Notes: generated by a model not told the origin, from the letters alone. DNA of 64,000 bases from an uncultured Actinomycetes bacterium (GCA_963824995.1 CAWGRK010000002.1:1-64000), one strand, 5' to 3'; counted from the first letter of the stretch, positions 39,904 to 50,217 are shown. Program-made: numbers and translations.

Positions 39904-40224
39904 TCAGCGCTTGGGGAGTCCCTTGCCACCAACGGGAACGGTCTCGGTGCCACCTGGGATATCTGCGATCAGAGGCATCGCCTCTTCGATCAGCGCCAGG
40001 GTCTCTGACACGTTGAGCGAGGCGCGGTGCGCCTCTTTGTTCACCCAGACCTCGCTGACCCAAACGGCATCGGGTTCGTCTTCGGAGCGGTGGATCACGT
40101 AGAGCTCGCAGCCAGGATCGTCTCCGAGCACCTCGGCGGCACTCAATAGGATCTCGGCGAGGGCATCACCCCTCCCCGGATTGGCCACCATCTTCCCGTG
40201 TAACCCGTATCTGGGCATTGTCAT
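39904..40224 (-). CDS. Antibiotic biosynthesis monooxygenase (ABM) family protein
   Basis: PGRGDAL, PGCELY, VWVSEVW...AHRASL. Confidence 0.85.
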   Translation of the reverse strand: MTMPRYGLHGKMVANPGRGDALAEILLSAAEVLGDDPGCELYVIHRSEDEPDAVWVSEVWVNKEAHRASLNVSETLALIEEAMPLIADIPGGTETVPVGGKGLPKR

Positions 40225-40233
40225 CCGATCGCT

Positions 40234-40309
40234 TGGCGCCCTCGGTAGGACTCGAACCTACGACACCCAACTTAGGAGGTTGGTGCTCTATCCCCTGAGC
40301 TACGAGGGC
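40234..40309 (-). tRNA. tRNA-Arg(CCT)
   Basis: GCCCTCG/CGAGGGC, GCTC/GAGC, CCAAC-CTCCTAA-GTTGG, GTAGG-TTCGAGT-CCTAC, G-CCA. Confidence 0.97.
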
Positions 40310-40377
40310 CTGAAAAAGTGGTCTGATCTGGGGTTTCGTTTCAGTGGCTACCTCACAAGAACTAGCACAACGGTGGA

Positions 40378-40413
40378 GAGCACCAAACTCGTCGGGGACG
40401 CGAGCACCAAACT
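40378..40413 (+). repeat. Two copies of GAGCACCAAACT (40378-40389, 40402-40413); third copy at 43468-43479
   Basis: Exact 12-mers inside both ends of the element. Confidence 0.8.
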
Positions 40414-40692
40414 AAACAATCCACACCAACATCGCAGCGGCGCCTGCGACCCCAAGGTGATAGGCCCGCTCTTGGCGCCGGCACCTGTTCGGGGTCGACC
40501 GCCTGGAGCTCTTTGGGTCGGGACGCCACCATCTGCGGGGCGATGCCAACTGGGCAGATCATCCGTCCTGACGATTCGTAGGGGGCGGTTTGTCAGACCT
40601 CAGGCGCGGTCATGCGAGCAACTCGAGGTTTGTCGATCACCAGCTCGGCCACCTCGTAGTCCATCGACCCTGTGCGGTCGTAACCTGGCTGC

Positions 40693-41892
40693 GTGGCCTC
40701 GGATTCCTTCTTCGAAGCCCCCGAAGAGCCGGACCTGCCACAGGACCGTGGATACGGATGGTTGCCGCTTGCAGCCATGGCCGGCGCCGCGCTCGTTGTG
40801 ATCGGAATGATCCTGCTCTGGCCGCGGAGCGACAGGCTTCCCGACCCGACAGGGCTGGGTTTGGCTCAGACCGCAATCCGGGCCGAGGTCACCACCGTGG
40901 AGCCGGGGCCATGTCCGGGGACGCGCCGGGCCGATGACATCGAGTGCACCCTGGTCGGTTTTCGCCTCCTCGAGGGAAGGGACAGCGGCGAGACCGTGGT
41001 TCTCGGCTTCGGGGAAGCCGAATCGACGCCCGAGTTCGCCGAGGGGGACAGGGTGGTGCTCTATGACCAGGGTGGCAACGCCCGACTGGACCGCCGCTAC
41101 CAGTTCGCCGACAGGGAACGCCGCCCCGTCCTCCTCTTCGTCACGTTGGCGTTCGCCTTGGCCGTAGTCGCCCTGGGCCGGTGGCGAGGGTTGGCGTCTC
41201 TCGCCGGATTGGCCATCAGCGTCGTTGTGCTCACCGTTTTCATCATCCCGTCAATCCTCTCGGGTCGCCCGGCAACGTTGGTCGCTGTGGTCGGCGCCGC
41301 CGCCATCGCCTATACGGCCTTGTATCTCTCCCACGGGTTCAACCCGCACACTCATGTCGCCCTGCTCGGCACGCTGGGCGCGCTCGCTCTCACCGTGGCG
41401 TTGTCGGCGCTGGTCACCGCCCTCGCTCAACTGAGCGGATTCGCATCAGAGGAGGCGCTTTTGGTGTCGCAACTCGGTGCGACCGTCGACGTGAGCGGGC
41501 TGATCCTCGCCGGGATCGTGCTCGGGGCGGTGGGCGCTCTCGACGATGTCACCGTCACCCAGACCTCGACCGTGTGGGAGCTTCGGCTTGCCAACCCGGC
41601 GCTGAGCGGCGGCCCTCTGCTTCGGGCGGCTCTTAGGGTTGGGCGCGACCACGTGGTGTCCTCGGTGAACACCCTGCTGCTCGCCTACGCCGGAGCGGCG
41701 ATACCGCTGCTCATCCTTTTCAGCCTGTCTGATCTTGGTCTCGGCACCGTTGCCAACAGCGAGATCGTCGCCACCGAGATCATCCGTACCCTCGTCGGGT
41801 CGATCGGGCTTGTGGCGGCCGTGCCCATCACCACCTGGCTCGCCTCCGAAGTGGCCGGATCGATCCCGCATTCGGAGTTACGAAGGCATTGA
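40693..41892 (+). CDS. YibE/F family membrane protein
   Basis: Y.FADRER, GRWRGL.SL, GALDDVTVTQ, VGRDH..S.VNTLLLAYAG, EIIRTLVGSIGL..AVP.TT; TAACCT 6 nt before GTG. Confidence 0.9.
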   Translation: MASDSFFEAPEEPDLPQDRGYGWLPLAAMAGAALVVIGMILLWPRSDRLPDPTGLGLAQTAIRAEVTTVEPGPCPGTRRADDIECTLVGFRLLEGRDSGETVVLGFGEAESTPEFAEGDRVVLYDQGGNARLDRRYQFADRERRPVLLFVTLAFALAVVALGRWRGLASLAGLAISVVVLTVFIIPSILSGRPATLVAVVGAAAIAYTALYLSHGFNPHTHVALLGTLGALALTVALSALVTALAQLSGFASEEALLVSQLGATVDVSGLILAGIVLGAVGALDDVTVTQTSTVWELRLANPALSGGPLLRAALRVGRDHVVSSVNTLLLAYAGAAIPLLILFSLSDLGLGTVANSEIVATEIIRTLVGSIGLVAAVPITTWLASEVAGSIPHSELRRH

Positions 41893-41979
41893 CCGTACCC
41901 GAGGTGGTACCCGGTTAGGACCTAAAAGCGGTCGACAGCCAACCTCAGCGGGGGCGCTGCAGATGCTGGCGACGACTCG

Positions 41980-42215
41980 CTATCTGCCAGCGCTTGTGAG
42001 AACGGCCGCGACGAAGGCGTCGCGACCGGTCCGCGTGGCGAACCCCAAACGACGACGGCCGCCGAATGGGTCGACCTGGAGCGCCGCCCATGGATCGGGC
42101 GCCTCCACGACGAGCTCTGCCACCTCGGCCGCGGGGGCCCCTCGTCGACGTGGTGGGACAAGTCCGCGTCGAAGCCGAAGCTGCCAACCACATGGCACGG
42201 ACGCCCGGAGCTCAC
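41980..42215 (-). CDS. Small hypothetical protein (~78 aa), one frameshift ~42138
   Basis: GTG overlaps the cyclase TGA; ...HHVDEG joins PAAEVAELVVEAPDPW...VLTSAGR if one base is restored in the G/C run. Confidence 0.5.
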
Positions 42216-43030
42216 AGCCGTAGCGGAGGGAACCTCATCGGTAGGCCCTTGCTGGCGATCTGAAATAGCGCCACCTCTGCGTGCAGCCCTTTCAGGCGGT
42301 GCGACCCGAGGTCGACGAAGCGCACGCCCGCCGCTGACGTTGCCCTGACCGCCTCCCTAGTGTTGGCCGTCACCACGATCTGGCCGCCGTGCCCGGCGGC
42401 GCACACCCGTGACGCGGTGTTGACGTCGATGCCGACATAGTTCCCAGGGGTGGGCGTCGGGTACCCACTGTGGATACCGATGCGGACGCGCACGGAGACG
42501 TTGTCGACCCACGCCTGCGCAGCCAGCGCCAGCTGCATGGCGATCGCCGCGTCCACGGCGGCGCGTGGCGCCTCGAACGCAGCGAAGAACTCGTCGGCGC
42601 GGGCCTCTACGACGCAGCCACCAGCATTGTCGACCGCGCCGCGGAGTACAGCGACGACGTCATCGATCAGGGTGCCGAAGCGGCCGCCGAGTTGGTTGAC
42701 CAGGCTCGTCGAGCCTTCGACGTCGGTCATGAGCAGCGTGACGAACCCGGCCGGAACGCTGACCGGACCGTCCCGGCGGCTTGCCGCCTCTAGCTGACTG
42801 GTGATGAAACCGACGGGCACGATGCGGAACCGCCTGGCCGCTCGGAGCAGCCGGCTGCGTGCCCGGTCACGGGCCGCTTCGTCCTCGAAGTCGACCTGGT
42901 TGAAGCGGGCGAGAGCGTTGCGGACGTGCGCGGCGTCATGGATCGGCAGCCGCCTCATGCCGCGTGAGTCGATGTAGGCAAATGCGCGGTCGGGGAGGGC
43001 GGCGCGTTCTCGGGCGCTGAGGGTCGCCAT
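42212..43030 (-). CDS. DUF6582-like domain fused to class III nucleotidyl cyclase
   Basis: LSARERAALPDRAFAY...RLPIHDAAHVRNALARFNQV + MTDVEGST, ADEF, RIGIHSG, VNTASRV, GHGGQ; TACCGT 6 nt before ATG. Confidence 0.88.
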   Translation of the reverse strand: MATLSARERAALPDRAFAYIDSRGMRRLPIHDAAHVRNALARFNQVDFEDEAARDRARSRLLRAARRFRIVPVGFITSQLEAASRRDGPVSVPAGFVTLLMTDVEGSTSLVNQLGGRFGTLIDDVVAVLRGAVDNAGGCVVEARADEFFAAFEAPRAAVDAAIAMQLALAAQAWVDNVSVRVRIGIHSGYPTPTPGNYVGIDVNTASRVCAAGHGGQIVVTANTREAVRATSAAGVRFVDLGSHRLKGLHAEVALFQIASKGLPMRFPPLRL

Positions 43031-43555
43031 GTCGAGACGGTACCAACAGAATGTCGGACCGAACGGCGAGACATGACGGCCACGGGCATCCCACAGTGCC
43101 GATTCCACCGGCACCCACGCTCGTGTCCGCGTTGGGAATCACCTCTATTCGTCAAGCGAAAACTGCAGCCGAGTCACGCCTGCGGAGGCGCTCACGCCGG
43201 CCACGGGACTCCGCCATCGACCCCCACCCCGCGACCCCGGGGGTGCGACCGACGGTTGGACTCCAGGACCAGACCACGGTCGGCCGTGGATGACGCCCGT
43301 CAATGCGATCGACTGACACCGGAGGTCTTTCGAGCTCGTGAGGTGGGCCGTTTCACGGAACGCCCGGGAGAGGTGGTCCCAGATCACCCACGGAGGGACC
43401 GGTTTCACCCCTCAAGGACGGGGAATTCCGTCGATGCTGCTCCGACTTCCGGGGGAGTGGAACCTTCGAGCACCAAACTGGACGCTGTACGGACGGGCGG
43501 TCGTCGGGGCCTACCTGGCAGAACGCGATCGAGCACAGCGGTAAGCCTCAACGAG

Positions 43556-43593
43556 TTAGGAGGTTGGTGCTCTATCCCCTGAGCTACGAGGGC
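43556..43593 (-). repeat. 5' half of tRNA-Arg(CCT) (att-site duplicate)
   Basis: GCCCTCGTAGCTCAGGGGATAGAGCACCAACCTCCTAA; identity ends at the 3' edge of the anticodon loop. Confidence 0.92.
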
Positions 43594-43672
43594 ATGAGGG
43601 TGAGTATCGCGGGGCGGTGTCGACCTCAGGTGATGGCCCGATCGCGTGGCGTCGCCACCGGAACTCGTCACC

Positions 43673-44740
43673 TCATCCGGCGGCGACGGTGATGCTCCCC
43701 GAACTGGTGCGGACCACGATGCTGCTGTCAGCCGCGGGATCTTGGTCAACCCCACGACCTCCTCGTCTCCCGAGGAGGAGTCGAGGTCGATCGCGTAGGC
43801 CCCCTCGGGTACCACGAGGTGGGCGTCACCCGATCCGATGGACACCTCCACCCAGGTTCGGCGCATCTGTAGATGCGAGGATCACGCTGCCCGAACTGGT
43901 GCTGGCGGTGAGCGCCGAGGTGGACAGGCTCTCCGACCTGATGTCACCCGAGCCGGTCTCCAGGGAGGTTTCGCCGACGACGCCCTCCACCTCGATCGAG
44001 CCGGAGCTGGCAATGGCGGTGAGGGCCGAGGCGGTGAGGTCCAGAGCTCGGATGTCGCCCGAGCCAGTCTCCAACGATGCCTCGCCGGCATCGCCGTAGA
44101 TCTCGATCGAACCGGAACTGGTGGTGGCGGTGAGTGCGGGCACGTCGAAGTCGCGACCTCGGATGTCTCCCGAGCCGGTCTCCAGCGAGGTCTCACCCGA
44201 GACGCTCTCGACCGCGATCGAACCGGAGCTGGTGGCGAGGTTGACGCCCCCGATCAAGCCCCGTGCGTTCAAGTCACCGGAGCCCGAGTCGACGATCAAC
44301 TCGACCGACGCGGGGGCAGTGACCTGGTAGTCGACACTGCACGACGAGAAGAACAATTCGTTTGGGCAAAGGACCTCGATGTGGAGCACCCCGTTCACCA
44401 CCTCCTCCGTCACGCTCGGTCGGTTGGCGCGGAAACGGCTGACCCGCTCCAGGTGAACATCCTCTTCCCCTGCGGCAACCTCAATCGATCCCGAATCGGA
44501 GGTCACCTCGATTCGCTGGATTGGCTCGGTGAACGCGGCAGTCGTGGTCTCGATGGTCTCGGGCTCGATCCACCGGCTCCATGCCCAGAAGCCGGCGCCG
44601 ATCAGCGCTGCGGCCGCCACGAGGGCGAGGATCGGCATCAGCAGCCCGGCCAGTGCGACGCTGACCGAAGGTGGTCGCGTGTCACTGGGTGGAGAGACTT
44701 CGGTCGAGGGGACTGGGGGGATGCGGACGTCGTTTGACAT
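43673..44740 (-). CDS. DUF4097 beta-strand-repeat (adhesin-like) membrane protein; frameshifts ~43853 and ~43742
   Basis: TM anchor, repeated SSGSI/TGSGDI motifs, 37-aa (111-bp) repeats; C-terminus continues in other frames to TGA 43673. Confidence 0.82.
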
Positions 44741-44741
44741 G

Positions 44742-45386
44742 TCAGGACTCCAGGTATCGAAGGACGGCGAGCACCCGGCGATGGTCGCCGGGGGTGGGCG
44801 GCAGGTCGAGCTTGGTGAGGATGTTGCCGATGTGCTTCTCGACGGCACCGGCACTGACGGTGAGCGCCTCGGCGATCGCGTTGTTGGAGCATCCCTCGGC
44901 CATCAACGAGAGCACTGTCCGTTCCCGGTCGGTGAGACGGTCGAGAGGGTCTCGGCGGCGACTGCGCACCAGGAGTTGGGAAACCACCTCGGGGTCGAGG
45001 ACGGTGCCGCCGGCGGCGACTCGACGGGCCGACTCGACGAATTCGGAGACGTCGGCCACTCGATCCTTGAGGAGATATCCCACACCTCCGGGATGGTCGG
45101 CGAGGAGTTCCGAGGCGTACTCCTCCTCGACGTATTGGCTGAGGACCAGCACGGCCGTGTCGGGATGGCGTTGTCGAAGTTCGAGGGCAGCGCGGATCCC
45201 CTCGTCGCGGTAGGTCGGGGGCATCCGGACGTCGACAATTGCCAAGTCGGGTCGTTCCCTTGCCACCGCTTCGATCAGATGATCGCCATCTCCCGCTTCG
45301 GCGACCACCTCTTCGCCGGCATCGCTGAGCAACCTGACCAAGCCGGCGCGCAGCAGCACCGAGTCCTCGGCGATGGCGATCCGCAC
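44742..45386 (-). CDS. NarL/LuxR family response regulator
   Basis: IAEDSVLLRAG, VDVRMPP, LSQYVE, YLLKDRV, HTH LTDRE..VL.LMAEG. Confidence 0.93.
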   Translation of the reverse strand: MRIAIAEDSVLLRAGLVRLLSDAGEEVVAEAGDGDHLIEAVARERPDLAIVDVRMPPTYRDEGIRAALELRQRHPDTAVLVLSQYVEEEYASELLADHPGGVGYLLKDRVADVSEFVESARRVAAGGTVLDPEVVSQLLVRSRRRDPLDRLTDRERTVLSLMAEGCSNNAIAEALTVSAGAVEKHIGNILTKLDLPPTPGDHRRVLAVLRYLES

Positions 45387-45387
45387 C

Positions 45388-46696
45388 TCATTCCCCTTCT
45401 GGACCGCAGGGAATCTCGGCGCGGAGCACGGTGGGTCCGCCCGGTGGGCTCTCGATCTGGAATCTCCCGTCGACCGCGGCAACTCTGTCCGCCAGGCCGG
45501 CGAGGCCGGTGCCCAACGCCGCATCGGCGCCACCCCGTCCATTGTCGCTGACCTCGATCTCGAGAACATCGCCGCGCACAACCGTCCGAACAGAAGCTCC
45601 GGTTGCCCCGGAATGACGGGCGACATTGGCGAGTGCCTCGCATACCAGGTAGTAGGCAATGCCCTCGACCCCGGGGTCGAGCCGATGCGGCAAGTTGACC
45701 TCGAGCGCCACGGGAATTGTCGAGCGAGCCGCAACCGAAGAAAGTGCAGCGCCCAGCCCCCGGTCGGACAAGATCGCCGGGCTGATCCCCCGCACGATGT
45801 TGCGCAGCGTGGCGAGGGCTTGCTTCGCCTCCTGGTGGCCTTCGTCAACGAGGGCTCGTGCGGCCTCGGGGTCTGTGGCGAACTTCTCCTTGGCCATGCC
45901 GAGCGTCATCGCCAAGGACACCAACTGCTGGCCGGCGCCATCGTGGAGGTCACGTTCGATACGGCGACGCTCCTGTTCGGTGGCGTCGACCATGCGTGAC
46001 CGGCTCGAGGCGAGCTCGGAAACGCGCCTCCCGAGGCGGTCCCCCTCCGTGGGGCCGAGCATCGCGTGAGCGACGGCGATATCGAGGCGGGCAAGGGCAC
46101 CGATCATCCAGGGAAGCCAGGCGAGCGCGGCAAGGCCGACGAGAGGCGAGGCAATCGCGAGCATCAGGAACCCGGGTGCAGTGAGGTCGGCGCCGAGTTG
46201 AGCCATCAGAAATGGGGTTGCGAGCAGGGAAAGCGGAATGCTCCATGCGAGCAGGGCGAGAGGTGAAGGTGAAGATCCCAAGCGGGAGAAGCAGCTGAAG
46301 GTAGGCGAACTCCCTCCACGTGACCGGATCCGACATCGAGGACCAAAACCGGTGGTGCCACGATCCGCCACCGCGTCGGCGTGGCGGAAGAGGGATGTCC
46401 GAACGGAGCAGGACGCCGACGCGGGCGCGATCGAACGCCGCCATACCACGCACCACCCAGAGCCATGAGAACAGCACCAGGAGGCCGATCGGGTACACGA
46501 TCAGGAGGGGGATTCCCAAGAGGAGCAGGGTCAGGCTGAGCACAAACCCCACGATCCCCATGGGAAGATCGAGGAGGAGGTGCGCGGTGGACCCGAACAG
46601 TCGTCGGAACGAATCGCCGATGTGCCTCCAGTTCCAAGCCGAAGAGGCAGCCGGACCCGATGTAGTTACGGGCGTGGAAGGGGGCGCACTGGACAC
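45388..46696 (-). CDS. Membrane sensor histidine kinase (HisKA_3); frameshift ~46260
   Basis: TM sensor region, ERRRIERDLHDGA, EALANVARHS, DNGRGG, GTGLAGL. Confidence 0.9.
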
Positions 46697-46903
46697 GATG
46701 GCACGGTACGTCAGGCGTTGTCTCGGCACAATGAAGCCTCCCGGTGTCTCGGGAGTGGGGATCGCCCTACCCCGCGACCCCTGGCCGGGCGAAGTCCGCA
46801 GCAACCCCCTCGGGGACCACCTCGTGACTTGGAAGGACTGACAGCAGGGCCGCGTTGTCGGCGCGTGGCGCCACTAGACGTCTGTGGTGTCGGGCGCCTG
46901 CGT

Positions 46904-48397
46904 TCAGCCGAATCGATCGACGAGTAGGCCGTGGCGAAGCGCCCGGTCGCTCACGGTCAGCGTGTCGCGATTCAGCTTCTTCATGACCGTGGAGACGATG
47001 CAGGCTCCTGCCAGGATTATGTCGGCACGCTGCGGCTGAAGACCGACGATGGAACGCCGTGCCTCGGTGTCCATCGAGCGGTACATCTCGATCTGCCTCA
47101 TGATCTCGGCGTGGTCGAGGACCGTCCCTTGGACCGCGTCCGGGTCGTAGGTCGCAAGGGATTTGCTGACGGCGGTGATGTTGGTAACGGCGCCGCCCAT
47201 GGCTACAAGATGATCCGGTGATGGGCGGTCGTCTATGCGGGACAGGTCGTTGGACATGGCAGCGAGGGCCTCGTCGAGGACCTCGGGCGCGACGACTCCA
47301 TCGAGTTTGAAGCGTTCGGTGAAACGGACCGCACCGACCTCGACGCTGAAGCGTTCGGCGACCTCAGGACCTCTACCGAAGGTGAACTGGGTGCTTCCAC
47401 CACCTGTGTCGAACACGACCAAAGAGCCGTCACCCAGCCCGAGACCGGCCTGGACCGCAAGGTAAGCGAGACGGCCCTCCTCCTCCCCGGAAATCATCTC
47501 GATCTCGATGCCGGTGCGTTGGCGAATTGCCTCGACAACTTCCGCTGCGTTCCGGGCGATACGCATCCAGGCCGTCCCCACCACGGCGATCGCTTGGCTG
47601 TCATGTCGCTTGGCCTCTTCGAGCATCAGCCGTCATCGCGATCGCGGTGCGGTCCAGCGGCTCACGGGGCTGATCTCCCCGTGTTTATCCAAACCCTCGC
47701 CGAGACGGGTCACCTCGGCGCGATCGACGACCTTCTTCCACGACGTGTCGTCGCCCAGCTCTGCGATATGGAACTTGACCGAATTCGTACCGACGTCGAT
47801 CACGGCGAAGCGGGCGGGGTGCTGATCGACGACCGCGGCCAGTCCGCGTGGGTAGCTGGTGTTGACGTGCCCCCCCAGACCCATGGCGCGGACCGATGAG
47901 ATGACTGCAGACGGGTCCGGTGCCTCGATGGCGATGGTCCGGATGGGTTCGCCGTTCACCTTTACATCAGTGACCTCCGCCGTACACCCACCCACCGTGT
48001 AGCGGACCCGTCGCTTCTGTACGTCAACCGGGCGGAGGCGACCATCCGGCTCGATCACCTCGGCAAGCAGTTGGTCGAGGGTGTATTCCTCGCGGTCGAG
48101 TTGCGGGAGGTCGAGTCCCAGCGCCTCGAACATGTCCGACACTTCGCTGGCCGGGAGGGGGAATCCGGCCTTCATCACCGGAATCCATTGCTCCAACCCG
48201 TCGGCATTGACCTCTTGGAGCACCTTGATGTCCATGAGGTCATCACGAATCTTGGCGCTGGCGTCGTCTCCGCGAAGGAGGTACAACTCCTCGCTTTCTT
48301 GGATGCCTCCAGGCGTCAATGCAGCGAAGGCGGCTTCAGCCGGACCGAAGCGCCTCCCGAATGTGCGCCATTCCCACCGTGGAACTATTGCAGCCAC
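46904..48397 (-). CDS. CYTH-like domain fused to Ppx/GppA exopolyphosphatase; frameshifts ~47630-47665
   Basis: RWEWRTFG...KRRVRY N-domain; AVIDVGTNSVK, TRLGEG, GEEEGRLAY, DTGGGSTQ, RADII.AG, SDRALRHG. Confidence 0.85.
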
Positions 48398-48544
48398 TCA
48401 GAGCTCCTTTTCCGAAGAGACGTCGAGAGTCCAAGTTACGCCGATTGACCCGAAACGCTCTGAAGAGCCGATCCGGATCGACAGTAGTTCGGGGCAATCG
48501 CCCTGGGGGATGTCTCGACCACTCGGCTTACCTTCCCGGCATTG

Positions 48545-48639
48545 GCGGACAGTCGGCGAGCGCACTCGGCCACGTTGGCGGCGGCGTCGTTGAACAGCTC
48601 GAAGAACCGGGCGTCGGTTGGCAGCAGACGGAACCGCAC
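48545..48639 (-). pseudogene. N-terminal remnant of DUF47/PhoU-like phosphate transport regulator
   Basis: MRFRLLPTDARFFELFNDAAANVAECARRL, then similarity is lost; no room for the rest before ppx. Confidence 0.65.
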
Positions 48640-48763
48640 GAACTATCACGCTAGCGGTCGAGAAGGCAGTGATCACGGGTCGGGACTCGGTCCAGGCGGG
48701 GACGAGCGCCTTCTCTGTGACGGGTACACCCCTCGTGCGGAGGACCCGACGTCGTCCCCAGCT

Positions 48764-50076
48764 CTAGACGCCCCTGGGCTGCTCCCAACCGCCGGTGATT
48801 TCGAGGGCATGCGCCGCGGCTATCGCTACGTGGTCCCTCCATGGCCGGGCAGCGATCTGGACGCCGATGGGTAGACCGTTGGGATCGCGACCGTAGGGGA
48901 CGACTACCGCCGGCTGGCCGGTCAGGCTGAAGGCCAGGGTGTAGGTGTATGGGACTTCCTCTCCGAGCCCGACGGCAGGGCCGTCAGCGGCCGGCAAGAG
49001 CAGGAGGTCGAAGTCGGTCATGAATCGGGCGATGTCGCGACGGAAGCGCCCCCATCGGAAACGGAACTCCTGAATGTCGTTCGCCGAGAGAGAGCTTTCG
49101 GTGTTTGGCTGCCAAGCATCGAGGTCATCCGATTCGGGGAGCGACCAGTAGATCCGCGTGAGCGGCCACACTTCGTCGAGTCCCTCGGGACGAGTCTCGA
49201 TCACGTCGGCCCCGGCCCCCTCGAGTGCCGCCGCTGCCCGCTTCACTGTTTCCTTCGTCTGGGGTGTCGGTCGCCCCTCCGACTGATCTGTCCACCATGC
49301 GATCCGCAGTCTGCTCACGTCCACATCGCGCCATTCCTCAAACGCCGACCGGCGCCACACTCGGGTCGATTCCGTCCTCCCCCGACGATGACCCCGAGCG
49401 CCAGCGCCAGGTCCTCGACGGTGCGGGCGATGGGACCGATGACAGTCCGTGGGTCGAGCATTGGCTCGATCACCGGGAAGTGCCCGGTCAGTGGGACGAG
49501 CCCAGTGGTCGGTTTGATCGTGGCCACCCCACAGAGGTGCGCCGGCTGGCGGAGACTTCCACCCGAGTCCGAGCCGAGGCCGAGAGCGGATCCCCCGGCG
49601 GCGATAATGGCTGCCTCCCCACTCGAACTACCGCCCGGGGACCTGGTCAGGTCGTGGGGATTGAATGTGGGCCCGTATACCTCGTTGTCGGCCATGACGT
49701 TTGTCTTGCCGAGGACGATGGCGCCGGCCGAGCGGAGGCGGGAGACGACGGAGGCGTCCTCGCTCGGAATGCGATCACGGAACTCCGGGTCGCCACCGGT
49801 GCAGGGGAGGCCGGCGACATCGATCCAGTCCTTGATCGTCACCGGCACCCCATGGAGAGGGCCGAGCGCTGCCCCTTTTGCTCTCAGGGAGTCCGCGTCG
49901 CGGGCGGAGGCGAGGGCGGCGTCGACATCCAGGGCCACCACGGCGTTCAGCATCGGGTTGACCTCGGCAATCCGATCCAGGTGTGCACCGACTACGTCGA
50001 GCGCAGAGATCTGACCCGACCGCATCAGGTGCGCCAGTTCGTGAGCTGGCAGAAATTCGATCGGAGCACCATCCAT
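48764..50076 (-). CDS. Amidase signature family enzyme; frameshift ~49360
   Basis: GPLHGVPVTIKD, GKTN, PGGSSSGE, GSDSGGSLR, GLPIGVQI. Confidence 0.9.
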
Positions 50077-50217
50077 CCGCTGGACAGTACGACTGGCGAA
50101 TGTCGTGCACTGGCCGGGCTGGCATCAGCGCGAGCGGCCTCGTCATGATGCCGTAACGCCCAAGGAACACGATCGGCGAAACAACCAGTGCGCCCGACGG
50201 CACGACCAGGAGGACTC

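Larger units (their letters stand above)
40272..43593. mobile_element. ~3.3 kb integrated element in tRNA-Arg(CCT), no intact integrase
   Basis: Identical 38-bp direct repeats at 40272-40309 and 43556-43593 = 5' half of the tRNA through the anticodon loop. Confidence 0.8.

Noticed and set aside
43400..43593. Group I intron or split tRNA-Arg(CCT)
   Set aside because: No group I core recognised and no separate 3' exon; the downstream copy is a complete tRNA, which fits an att duplication
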